NCBI GenBank assembly: GCA_965661285.1
Contig: CBFIDD010000001.1
Span: forward strand, 32,001-96,000
Source of the DNA: Poseidonia sp.
GTDB taxonomy: Archaea; Thermoplasmatota; Poseidoniia; Poseidoniales; Poseidoniaceae
Reading direction: 5' to 3'
Length of the DNA: 64,000 nt
Shown: positions 48,228 through 58,100 of the stretch, piece by piece
How positions within the stretch are numbered: position 1 is the first letter of the stretch
Layout of the letters: the number at the start of each line of letters is the position of its first letter
Notes under the pieces: model-generated
What the model was told of the DNA's origin: nothing
The model's input: only the letters and a program-made list of their open reading frames with translations
The model's database searches: none
Position numbers and translations under genes: made by a program

Positions 48228-49130
48228 ATGGGCAAAGGCCAGATTGTCGCTGGATGCATTGCACCGCATCCGCCACACCTTGTGTATGCGGAAAACCCCC
48301 CTCAGAACGAGCCGGTCGCTGAAGGTGGTTGGGAACAACTGCGCTGGGGCTATGAACGCCTCCGTGCCTCCCTTGCCCAGCATGATTACGACGCCATCGT
48401 TCTTCTCTCACCGCACTGGCAAACCTACGTTGGCACCCATTTTCTCGGTCTGCCGCATTTTGAGGGGCTTTCGGTCGACCCGATTTTCCCCAATCTCTTT
48501 CGCTACCACTACGACATGAACGTGGACGTCGAACTTGCGAAGGCCATCCATGACGAAGCGGCCAAAGCTGGGCTGCCGGTGAAGATGATGGAAAATCCTG
48601 ACTTCCGTGTTGACTACGGTACCATCACCACCGGGCACCTGTTCAACCCCGAATGGGACAAACCGCTCGTGGTGATTTCCAGTAACCGCTCCACGGCCTA
48701 CTACTCGGTCGAGGTCATGCAAGAAATCATGATCGAACTCGGAAAAGTCACCCGCAAGGCCATTGAGGCCAGCGGAAAGAAGGTCGTGGTCCTCGCCAGC
48801 AATTCACTCTCCCACCGCCACTTCACCACCGAATCGGAGGTTCCCGAAGACATGAGCAAAGAACACATCACCAGCCACGCCATGCATCTGTGGGACATGC
48901 GGATGATCGATTACATGCGCAGCGGACAAGCCCAACGCATTCTTGACGAAATGCCCGAATTCACCGAACAGGCCATCGCAGAGAGCGACGGTGGCGGCCT
49001 CTCATGGCTGCTCTCCGCCCTGGATGTCCCGGATTACCCAGCCATCCTCCACGGCTATGGCACCATCATCGGGACCGGAAACGCCGTGGTCGAATGGCCC
49101 TGTTATGCTCACGAGGTGAACGACGCATGA
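48228..49130 (+). CDS. amnB: 2-aminophenol 1,6-dioxygenase beta (catalytic) subunit, LigB/extradiol class III
   Basis: APHPPHLVYAENPPQNEP..GGWE.LRW, SPHW, SVDPIFPNLFRY, NPDFRVDYGTITT, LASNSLSH, PEDMSKE and YGTIIGTGNAVVEW closely match AmnB/CnbCb as I recall them. Fe-ligand His, His and Glu positions are retained. Confidence 0.9.
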   Translation: MGKGQIVAGCIAPHPPHLVYAENPPQNEPVAEGGWEQLRWGYERLRASLAQHDYDAIVLLSPHWQTYVGTHFLGLPHFEGLSVDPIFPNLFRYHYDMNVDVELAKAIHDEAAKAGLPVKMMENPDFRVDYGTITTGHLFNPEWDKPLVVISSNRSTAYYSVEVMQEIMIELGKVTRKAIEASGKKVVVLASNSLSHRHFTTESEVPEDMSKEHITSHAMHLWDMRMIDYMRSGQAQRILDEMPEFTEQAIAESDGGGLSWLLSALDVPDYPAILHGYGTIIGTGNAVVEWPCYAHEVNDA

Positions 49131-50572
49131 GTGCAGGCGACGTGGTGGCCTCGTTTGTTGTGCCCGTTCACCCCCATACGGTGCTGGCGCCCGACCAAAG
49201 CCCGGGATGGCGCCGATTGCGAGACGCATTCGACGAAGCCGCTCAAACCATTCGCGACCTCGAAGCGGATTTGCTCATCATCTACTCGACCACATGGCCC
49301 TCCATCATCGGCCATCAAATCCAAGCCGACCCCAATCCCGAGTGGGTCATGGTGGACCACGATTTCCACGACCTTGGCTCCATTCCCTATTCGTTCAACA
49401 TCGACGCTGAATTCGCCCACGCGTGGAACGAAGCCAACGAAAAGCGAGGCCTCCAGAGCCGCTGTGTGAACTACAAGGGCTTCCCCATCGATGTCGGTTC
49501 CGTGGTGGCACTCACGCTGCTCAATCCCGACAACACCATCCCGGCCGTCATCGTCTCCTCAAACATGTACGCCAACCGGAGCGAGACAACGGTGCTGGCC
49601 AAGTCCTGCCTTGACGTGGTGAAAGCCCAAGGACGCCGCGCGGTGGCCATCACCGCCATGTCCCTCTCCAACCGGATGTTCACCGATTTCATCCAGCCTG
49701 AGGAGGACAAGATTCACTCCCTCAAGGACGACGAGTGGAACAGGAAAATATTGGAATTCCTCGAACAGGGACGCCTGGAAGATGTCGGTCAACTTTCGCG
49801 GACCATCCACCGTCAAATTCGAGTGCAAAAAGTGGTCGCGTTCAAGCCCATGTGGTGGCTTTCGGCGATGAACGGAAATCGCAACGATTTGACCGGGCGC
49901 GTCATGGCCTACGAGGCCATCCACGGTGCTGGAGGTGCCGTTGTTCACCTCGACCCAACGCCATCAGGTGCAGGGGACAAGGAATACGACGAGGATGATG
50001 TGGAGTATTTCCACGGCGAGCGTGGTGTGCTTGACGCAGGGGCGGACGACGTCGATTCGCCAACAGCGTCCGAGCCGGCCGAGGCTGGCAGCGAAGAGCC
50101 AGCATCCGTGACACAAGCCAACGGCCCCGCCTTGTGGGACCCAACCCAAGCCGAGGGTTCGGTCAACACCGAGGCAGCGCCAAAACCGGTGGGCGCCTAC
50201 CCGCACGCTCGGAAAGTGGGCGATATGCTCTACCTTTCCGGCGTTGGTCCTCGGCAACCCGGCACCAACGCCATCCCCGGAGGACCGATTCACGACGAGG
50301 ACGGCGATCCACTTGACTACGATATCAAAGCGCAGACACACGCTGTCGTGGAAAACATCCGCCGTATCGTCGAAGAAGCCGGAGCTCGGTTTGACCAGAT
50401 CGTGGATGTCACCACCTTCCTCGTTGACATGAAGCGGGATTTCGCGGGGTACAACGAAGTGTGGGCTGAAACCCTTGGAACGGTTGGGCCCACCCGCACC
50501 ACCCTTGCCATCGATGCGCTACCAACGCCCATCGCGGTGGAGATGAAGGTCATCGTCCACCTCGGGGAATGA
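49127..50572 (+). CDS. amnA: fusion: 2-aminophenol 1,6-dioxygenase alpha subunit + RidA-family (2-aminomuconate deaminase-like) domain
   Basis: N-terminus YSTTW, VNYKGFPIDVGS, SSNMY and EDKI...DDEWNRKIL (AmnA-like); acidic linker; C-terminus APKPVGAYPHARKVGDMLYLSGVGPR...DVTTFLVDMKRDF..YN...PTRTT...LPTPIAVEMK (RidA). Confidence 0.86.
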   Translation: MSAGDVVASFVVPVHPHTVLAPDQSPGWRRLRDAFDEAAQTIRDLEADLLIIYSTTWPSIIGHQIQADPNPEWVMVDHDFHDLGSIPYSFNIDAEFAHAWNEANEKRGLQSRCVNYKGFPIDVGSVVALTLLNPDNTIPAVIVSSNMYANRSETTVLAKSCLDVVKAQGRRAVAITAMSLSNRMFTDFIQPEEDKIHSLKDDEWNRKILEFLEQGRLEDVGQLSRTIHRQIRVQKVVAFKPMWWLSAMNGNRNDLTGRVMAYEAIHGAGGAVVHLDPTPSGAGDKEYDEDDVEYFHGERGVLDAGADDVDSPTASEPAEAGSEEPASVTQANGPALWDPTQAEGSVNTEAAPKPVGAYPHARKVGDMLYLSGVGPRQPGTNAIPGGPIHDEDGDPLDYDIKAQTHAVVENIRRIVEEAGARFDQIVDVTTFLVDMKRDFAGYNEVWAETLGTVGPTRTTLAIDALPTPIAVEMKVIVHLGE

Positions 50573-50680
50573 TTTCCGGAATCCGGCGTTTGTTTATCGA
50601 ATACATACAAATTGCTAATATCCTTTGGCGATTATCACGAAACAACACAGCATTCTGGTGTTAGAAATCGGGGAATGTTC

Positions 50681-52078
50681 ATGGGTGTTGATAAAACCGT
50701 TGAATTGGCTCGTAGCATTGGCCTGAAAACGCTGGTCGTCCTCTCGCTATCTTCCATGTTGGGTTCCGGCCTGTTTTTGCTTCCGGCCTTTGCACAGGAA
50801 GTTGTAGGCCCCGGCATGTGGTTTGCGTTCCTGCTGGCCGGAAGCGTCGTCATCGCCAGCGCCTACTCAAAGGCCGAACTGGCGAGCGCCATGCCCCAGT
50901 CTGGCGGATTCTACGTGTACGCCGAGCGAACGTACGGACATTTGGTGGGCACCATCAGTGGTTTGGGCCTCTTTGCATCCTTTATGCTAAAATCCGCTTT
51001 TGCCCTTGTTGGTTTTGCAGCGTATATGGAGGTCATCACAACCCACTTTGGCATTGATGATGTGAATTCAAAAGCCATCGCCATGGTCCTTCTCGTCCTC
51101 ATTTTGGTCGTGAACATCACCGGCGTGAAAGCCATCAAGAAAGTGCAGGTGCCCATCGTTACCGGTGCGGTCGCTACCGTCGTCCTCCTGTGTATCATGG
51201 CGTTGTTTTCCAATGATTTGGACCTCAGTCGACCCGTACAAGACTTCCAACCGGTCAGTCTGAAGATGGGCACTGCTGCTGCACTGGTCTTTGTCGCCTT
51301 TTCAGGTGCCATCAAAGTTGGTGCTATCGGCGGCGAAGTGCTCGACCCGGAAACAAACCTCCCACGTGGCATGATTCAGTCCCTGTTCATCGCCACCGCC
51401 CTTTACGCCGTCGTCGCCTACATCATGGTGGCCGTCATGGCGCCGGACTGGTACATGACCGACGGTCATGCAGTTGAAAATCCAATCAGCGTCTTTGCCG
51501 ACTCGGTCGCCGGCACCACTGTGGTACTGCTCGCCTCCTTCGTCGCCATCATCGCCATGGCTTCAATGGCCCTGGCGGGCGTGCTTTCGTCCTCTCGGTT
51601 CATCTATGCCATGGCCAAGGACGGCGTCCTTCCAGCCCCGCTCGCTGAGTTGAACGAACGCTACAAGACGCCTCACTGGCCAATTTTGTTGACGGGGTTG
51701 TTGATGGCGATCTCCATCTATTCCTTCGATGTCCATGTCATTGCAGAACTTGCCTCCGGATTCATCCTCATGGTCTTCATCGTGCTCAACTTGACCGTCG
51801 TGGTGCTTCGTGGTGCAGAACCAAGGCATGCTTGGGACCCACCTTACCGTTCACCTTTGTATCCAATTCCGCAAATCTACGGAACCATTGCGGGAATTGC
51901 AATGTTGATTCTCATGGGGGAAAAGGCGCTTTATGGCGGTCTGGGCGCCGTCGCCATCGGTATGTTGGCGTGGTACGCCTACGGTCGTCGAAACGTCAAA
52001 CCTCGTGAAGGCGAAACGCCACTCAATGCGTTCTTGAACCGTGATGGAGAGCCATCGACTCCAAAAGAGCAAGAATAA
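50681..52078 (+). CDS. APC family amino acid permease
   Basis: SMLGSGLFLLP, AELASAMPQSGGFYVY, GGEVLDPETNLP, SRFIYAMAKDG and YKTPH motifs. Confidence 0.93.
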   Translation: MGVDKTVELARSIGLKTLVVLSLSSMLGSGLFLLPAFAQEVVGPGMWFAFLLAGSVVIASAYSKAELASAMPQSGGFYVYAERTYGHLVGTISGLGLFASFMLKSAFALVGFAAYMEVITTHFGIDDVNSKAIAMVLLVLILVVNITGVKAIKKVQVPIVTGAVATVVLLCIMALFSNDLDLSRPVQDFQPVSLKMGTAAALVFVAFSGAIKVGAIGGEVLDPETNLPRGMIQSLFIATALYAVVAYIMVAVMAPDWYMTDGHAVENPISVFADSVAGTTVVLLASFVAIIAMASMALAGVLSSSRFIYAMAKDGVLPAPLAELNERYKTPHWPILLTGLLMAISIYSFDVHVIAELASGFILMVFIVLNLTVVVLRGAEPRHAWDPPYRSPLYPIPQIYGTIAGIAMLILMGEKALYGGLGAVAIGMLAWYAYGRRNVKPREGETPLNAFLNRDGEPSTPKEQE

Positions 52079-52098
52079 CCTCGCCAACCCTCAAGTCC

Positions 52099-52518
52099 TC
52101 AAGCGAGGATGAGACGGAGGTTTTCGAGGCTGCGGAGTTCTGCAAAGTAAATTTGTTCAATCGCATCGTACATCTCCTGGTCGCCAACCTCTTCGAGCAG
52201 TTGGGTGATGCCTGCATAGACTTCAGCCGCTTTTGTTTCGGTCTCCAACGAGCATTCGAGCATGGTCTTGTAGTCCGTCGTGTGGACGATCGCGTGGCCG
52301 TTTCGTTCCGTGACGGGAACACCGCCCAACTTCACGATGGCTCTGCGAACCACATCGGCGTGGGCCATTGATTCTGTGGCTTCTTCGTTGAACATCGGGT
52401 CCAACTGGAGACGGTGAATTCCCTGAACGTTCGCAGCATAATGTGCGTACATGGTCATGGCACGCAATTCCCATCCGAGGGCTTCGTTGAGGCTTTCAAT
52501 CAATTCGTCGGCACCCAT
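52099..52518 (-). CDS. ferritin-like (bacterioferritin/Dps-like) four-helix protein
   Basis: LNEALGWELRAMTMY, EEATESMAHA...IVKLGG and LETE...Y...IYFAE motifs. Confidence 0.85.
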   Translation of the reverse strand: MGADELIESLNEALGWELRAMTMYAHYAANVQGIHRLQLDPMFNEEATESMAHADVVRRAIVKLGGVPVTERNGHAIVHTTDYKTMLECSLETETKAAEVYAGITQLLEEVGDQEMYDAIEQIYFAELRSLENLRLILA

Positions 52519-52580
52519 GCTATCAAAAAAACCGAGGCTGTCCTCCGCTATGAACCCCTGCGCTCATGGAAAAACGCCTT

Positions 52581-55175
52581 TCATTCGTGACGAATCCACT
52601 CGCCATCGGGCGTAACTTCCCAGTATTGCAGTTCTTCAGAGACATCAACATACCAGCCGGTCTGCCCCTGGACGGTCGAGGGGGTGGCCTGCATGACGCC
52701 GACGTTTCCTGCCTCTTGTGCCAGCGCCCTCATCGATTCCAAGGTCAAGCCGTGGCGTTCGTGGAGCGGTGTGTCGTCAACAACAAGGTCGCCCGGTTGC
52801 TGATCCACCTCGTCTTCCTCCTCGTCATCGTCAAAGACGTCTTCCACCCACGCTTCATCCGAAGCTTCGGATGCCTTCTTGGTGAGCGTCACCAACACGG
52901 CCAAGAGCAAGAAAAGCAGCACAGCAGCCATGGTCATGGCGGTGTTGGTCGAACCGACTGCACCGCCGAGGAGAACCTCGTCAACATCGTAGAAGGTTTG
53001 TGCGAGCAGGCCACTCCAACGAATGGTGCACGAACGGTCTGTTCCTCCGTTCTGGACATCAATTTCCCACGTCCCGTTGGTCACAAACGAGGCGGGTCCC
53101 GATGTGCAAGAAACACTCGTGTTCGCTTTGGGAATACTCAACGTGTTTCCGTACGCATCCGTACCAAATGCGTTCATCAACACGACATCGCCCTCGGCAA
53201 TCGCACTGCGGCTCATCGAGGCTTGGATCCGAACGGGGGCACCGGCTTCGACGGTCAAGGGGACGGTATGGCTTGCACCCTCATCTTGGAGGACCAGCTC
53301 ATAGGTGCCAACTTTCTTGCCCGTGAACTGCCAGTAACCCAATCCGGTTGGCGAGGCCTCCAGTTCCCCAAGCGAGGCGTTGAGCGTGGTCGAAACCGAG
53401 GTTGATTCGGCAATGTTGCCGTGAACATCCACAACTTGAATGAAAAGGTCGAACGGTTCGCCTGCATTCACAACCAGCCCCTCATCCACATCGGTGACCA
53501 AACCGTAAGCGCTTCCGGCCACCACGGTGAACCGTACGGTTGCAAAGACCCCGTCGGCATTGACTCGAAGTTCGTGCCCGCCAACGGACGTGGCCTTCCA
53601 GCGCCCGTCGTTGAGCAACATGTCAAGAGTAATGTCCTCGCCGTCCAGCGTCCAGTTGAGCGCAATACCATTCAACTCGTTCCCGAAGGCGTCATAGAAC
53701 ATCGGGTTCAGTGCCAGTTCACCGTCCGCAGGGACGCGGCTTCCCTCGCCGTCGAGGGTGATGAAGGCAAGGCGACCGACCTGAACGTCAAAAGCGGCAT
53801 CGGTCACAAACATCGCACCCGTTGAGTTGTCAAACCAACTGCCGTCAAATCGCCAAGAACCGGCGCTTTGAGCTTGCAGCAACGCAAAGGATGTCTCGGT
53901 CGTGAGTTCGGTCTCCTCACCCATGGTCATGTCGATGGTTCCGTTCACGACCCATCGATTTCCTTTGACGTCCTCTGCAACGAGTTCAATCACGACCTGG
54001 TCGCCTGCAGAAGGGACACGCGGCGATACCTGGAAACCGATATCGATAGCACGGCCGTGCTCAACCTTCAACAGAAGTGAACTGCTCACCGTGCCGTCGT
54101 TGCCAGAAAGCGTGGCTTCACCCGTTGCGGATGGATTCCAGTACACTCGACCCTCATCGTCGACCGAGAGGCCGCCCGATGAGGCGGTGAGGGCGTGGAT
54201 GGAAGGTGAGACGAAACCGATGTAGCCGTTCGCATCTCGACGTTCGAACACCAATTGGTACGACTCTCCCGCCATGAACACCTCCGGTGCATCGACCACC
54301 AACAACTCAGAGGCTACGGCATCGCCGGGAATCACGTGGAGTGTCGTGCTGCCGGTGATGTTGCCTGCCGATACGGTGATGAGCCAACTGCCCGTGTTGG
54401 TAGCGAGGTATTCGCCTTGAGCGTTAAACGAGCCGTTCTCAGCGAACCAGGCCAGCGAACCAACCGTGGAGAGCGGCATCTCATATCCGTTGATGTCGAC
54501 CAAACGAGGCGTGATTTTTTCCAAGGTGCCGGCACGCACCATCAAGGGTTCATCAAAGACAAATTCGTAAGGTGAGCCGGCGGTGACCGTGATGGTTGTT
54601 CGGGCCTCGAGTTGATTGTAGCGAACACGAACGTCGTAGTCTCCGATGGTTTGCGCCGTCCACGTGGGTTGACCGTGCCCGATGTAGGTCCCATCAATAT
54701 CCCAAACCATGGACGAAGCACCCGGCATTCGATTGCCTCTTGCGTCGAGAAGGTCGGCTGCCATGCTGGTGGGCTCGAGCACACCGATGCTGGTTCGGGT
54801 GATTTCGATGGATGTGGGCACACCAGCCTCCACCGTGATGTTGTGGTGACCCAGAAGACCGTTGTGTTCAGCCATGATTTCGACCACGCCAGACGACCAC
54901 GGGTAGAACAGACCGTCATCGGTGATGGTACCGTTGCTTGCAGACCAACTGATATCCCCGGAAACGAGGTTGTTGACCGGGTCGTAAATCAGGGCCTCAA
55001 ACATCACCACTTCGTCAGCCGACATGGTGGCAGGCGGGTCGTCAATCACCACACGATCTGCAGTTCCCGAGCGGTGAATTACAGCCTCTTCATCGAGCAA
55101 CGCAGGAAGGCTTGCAGACCATGTGCCCAACACAACGAGCGTCGCAAGAACAACGCAGGCCTTTGGAAAGTTCAC
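52581..55175 (-). CDS. secreted, membrane-anchored Ig-like repeat protein
   Basis: Signal peptide; repeated DxxGN Ig modules (DARGN, DINGY, DVKGN, DAFGN, DVHGN, DAYGN); TM; acidic and Trp-rich tail. Confidence 0.85.
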   Translation of the reverse strand: MNFPKACVVLATLVVLGTWSASLPALLDEEAVIHRSGTADRVVIDDPPATMSADEVVMFEALIYDPVNNLVSGDISWSASNGTITDDGLFYPWSSGVVEIMAEHNGLLGHHNITVEAGVPTSIEITRTSIGVLEPTSMAADLLDARGNRMPGASSMVWDIDGTYIGHGQPTWTAQTIGDYDVRVRYNQLEARTTITVTAGSPYEFVFDEPLMVRAGTLEKITPRLVDINGYEMPLSTVGSLAWFAENGSFNAQGEYLATNTGSWLITVSAGNITGSTTLHVIPGDAVASELLVVDAPEVFMAGESYQLVFERRDANGYIGFVSPSIHALTASSGGLSVDDEGRVYWNPSATGEATLSGNDGTVSSSLLLKVEHGRAIDIGFQVSPRVPSAGDQVVIELVAEDVKGNRWVVNGTIDMTMGEETELTTETSFALLQAQSAGSWRFDGSWFDNSTGAMFVTDAAFDVQVGRLAFITLDGEGSRVPADGELALNPMFYDAFGNELNGIALNWTLDGEDITLDMLLNDGRWKATSVGGHELRVNADGVFATVRFTVVAGSAYGLVTDVDEGLVVNAGEPFDLFIQVVDVHGNIAESTSVSTTLNASLGELEASPTGLGYWQFTGKKVGTYELVLQDEGASHTVPLTVEAGAPVRIQASMSRSAIAEGDVVLMNAFGTDAYGNTLSIPKANTSVSCTSGPASFVTNGTWEIDVQNGGTDRSCTIRWSGLLAQTFYDVDEVLLGGAVGSTNTAMTMAAVLLFLLLAVLVTLTKKASEASDEAWVEDVFDDDEEEDEVDQQPGDLVVDDTPLHERHGLTLESMRALAQEAGNVGVMQATPSTVQGQTGWYVDVSEELQYWEVTPDGEWIRHE

Positions 55176-55187
55176 GACACCACGACC

Positions 55188-58100
55188 TCAATCAGTGTAT
55201 TCTTGCCACTCTTCTTCACCGGGGTTGCGATACCACCAGGCACCGTCCTCGTCTTCCCACCATTCCACGCCGTCTTCGTCAAAGGTGGTTTCGAGTTCTT
55301 TCTCGACCTCCTCCTCTGCAGGGGGCTCATCAGCTGAGGGACCGCTTGGCCCAGGTGCGGGGCCTGTCGGTCCAGGTGCAGGGCCTGTCGGACCGGGTGC
55401 AGGACCGGTTGGACCCGGAGCGGGACCTGTCGGACCGGAGGGACGGTCGTCATCGTCGTCGTCATAATCATCGTCGTCCCAGTCGCCCGAACCACCGTTT
55501 CTCATGAACATGACACCAAGGCCGAGGAGGACAACGGCCACCAAAGCGAGCAATCCAGCACCGACGTAGTACAACGTTCCGCCAGCCTCGAAGAAGCCTT
55601 GGAAGTTTCCGGTGACACTGATCTCCTCGTTCACACGGACCGCACCAACGCTCACCGTGATGGTTTGTGGTCCGTCATCCAAGGTGGTGACCGTCCACTG
55701 GTCCGAGGAGGTCATCATGGCTGTTCCTCGACCCGTTGCTTCGACTTGAACGCTTCCAGGAACCGAGATTTCGTTGTCAAAGGCGTCAAAGGCACGAATT
55801 GACACGTCAAGGCTCTCGAGTTGTTCAAGACTGTCGGTTGACAAATTCACTTCCAACCGTGCAACGATGTTCTGGGCTGCAACCGTGATTTCAGCGGTCG
55901 ACATCGCTCCACCGACGCTGTACTCGAGGGTGTGTACGCCAGCAACCTCTGCGTCGTAGGTGTAGGTGCCTTCGGAGGACGTGATGATGCTCAAGGTGGG
56001 CACCGTTTGGCCATTTTCCGTCCAGGCCACATCCTGCGCAAACTGGTTGCCATCAGCGTCGGTTCCTGTCACCTGGATGTCCACGCGGTCGCCCGCTGTG
56101 GGGGTGGTGGTGGAGAGGTCCGCTGCCACCGTGACCGCCTCACCGTGCAGGACGGTGATGGAAACACTGTCCGAGATGTTGAAACCTGTACCGCTGATGC
56201 TGTAAGCTTCAATGCGCCATTCGCCGACCGTGGTCGCTTCCCAGCGCATGGCGTCAAGAAGCAATTGGGTCGTGATGTCGCGCGACTCACCGGATTCGAC
56301 ATTGACCTCGAGCCAGGTCAATTCATCCGACGAAATTTGGTTGTTGTCCGTGTCAAACAATTCGGAGGTGAAATCGATGGCGAAATCTGAGGTGATTTCA
56401 ATCACTGCACCGGTCGACTGAAGCGGGTCATTGGCCACGGCTTCGACGGTCACAGTGTTGAGCATACCGTGGTCAACCGTGATGTTGATGGAAACGCTGA
56501 GGTCAGTATTGGCATCGCTGTAGGACGCCGTGAGCATGTAGGGCAGGTCCGAGGCGTAATACGGCGTGAAGGTCGTTGCATCACCGGACAAGACCTCAAG
56601 GAAATTCGAAGCGTCGGTGATGGTCGGATGGTCAAGCGACCAATTGGATTCGGGAACCGACCACTGGTTGCCCTTAGCGTCAATGGCGAAAATTTTCGCT
56701 TCCAAGGTGTCATCGGCCGTGATGTCAAAGTGTTGCCATGTCGCAATTTCGTTATCAACGGTGATGCGGAGGGTCTGGGTTTGTCCTCGCTCCACATCGA
56801 TGATAATCTGAGTTAGCTCGTTCTCATAGCGTGCCTCGAGGAGTTTTGAACCGGTCTTGATAGGGTCCCAAATCGCAGGAGCACCCGGCGTCAACTGACC
56901 GTCGGACGTCTTGGTCCAGTTGCTGGCAGGGAGGACAACGGCCAACCGGTTCCCACGAACGTCCACTCGCGTGGTGTTAATGTACACTCGCTCGTCAGCG
57001 GTTATGCTTGTGGATGATGCATTCAATTCCAGATAATCGATGGCTCCGTGGCCAACATCGATTTGAAGCTGGCCAGCTGCACCCGACACGGACGTGAGGT
57101 TCAACCACCAAACACCAACATGGTCGGGGAAGTATTCCTGATTCGATTCGGAGTAATTCCCGTTGGTGGTTGTCCACGTCAAGTTTCCAGCCTCAGAAAC
57201 ATTGAGGGCGTTTCCAAACTGGTCGTAGAGGTCGATGGAAATCGCGCATTCAATGCCGGCAGGGACGGTGCCCTCGCACCCGCCCAACTCAAAGTAGGAC
57301 GGAGCACCGGCTTCGACGGTAACCGAGACATCAACATAATCGCCAGAAGGGACACCGTGCGCCACACGAACGACGTGAGTGCCAATGGCATAGGGCTGGA
57401 AGATGTTCGGCACGACGGCGCTCATGCTACCGTTGGTTGGCGAATACGTGATGGGCTCGCCAGGAACCATGTTGCCGTGTTGATCGACCATGTGGGCCGT
57501 GATTGTCAGCGTCTCGTCAGCAGTGATATTTGCAGACAGCGGGGTGACGATGAGATCGGTCGGTGCGCCGGCTGTCACGGTGATCGATTGGGTGCCGCAG
57601 ACGAGCCCGAAACACGACGAGATGGTGACGGTGCCCGTCGTGGTTGGCGTGAACAGTCCATTGGTCCCGATGCTTCCCGAGGAAGCAGACCATGTCATCG
57701 GCGGTGCACGAACCATCGCTTGGTGATCGTAGGCTATGGAATTGAAGTTCACCGGCGTGTCTGCATCGGTGGTCAAACTTCCCGTAGGACTGATCGATAC
57801 GGTCGTGATGTTCGTTGTGTTGAAAAGCACCTTCGGACGGTAATCGGCGTTGGCTGCTGAACCGGAGTGGAACGAAGCATGTGCGTGACCCGTGTTGGGC
57901 GTGGCGATGATGATCCATGCTTCTTCGCCGGTGATGGTCATGCCGGCCGTGCTGATGTCAAACCACACCCAACCGGAGGCCCCGATGGTCGCCGTCGTGG
58001 ATGAAATCGCATCACCATAATCCACGCCCAGCTGCATTCCTGGGGCACCCCATGAAGCACCTGAGGTGGTGCCATCCCATGTCGCTGAGGAAGCGGCCCA

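Noticed and set aside
49004-49126. Longer start for the amnA-ridA ORF
   Set aside because: It overlaps amnB out of frame; AmnA similarity starts at the ATGA-coupled ATG 49127.
52099-52518. Encapsulin cargo system
   Set aside because: A ferritin-like gene is present, but no encapsulin shell gene or targeting peptide is visible.
55340-55440. Possible CRISPR or collagen repeat
   Set aside because: There are no spacers; it is a coding 7-aa repeat whose period breaks the Gly-X-Y triplet pattern.
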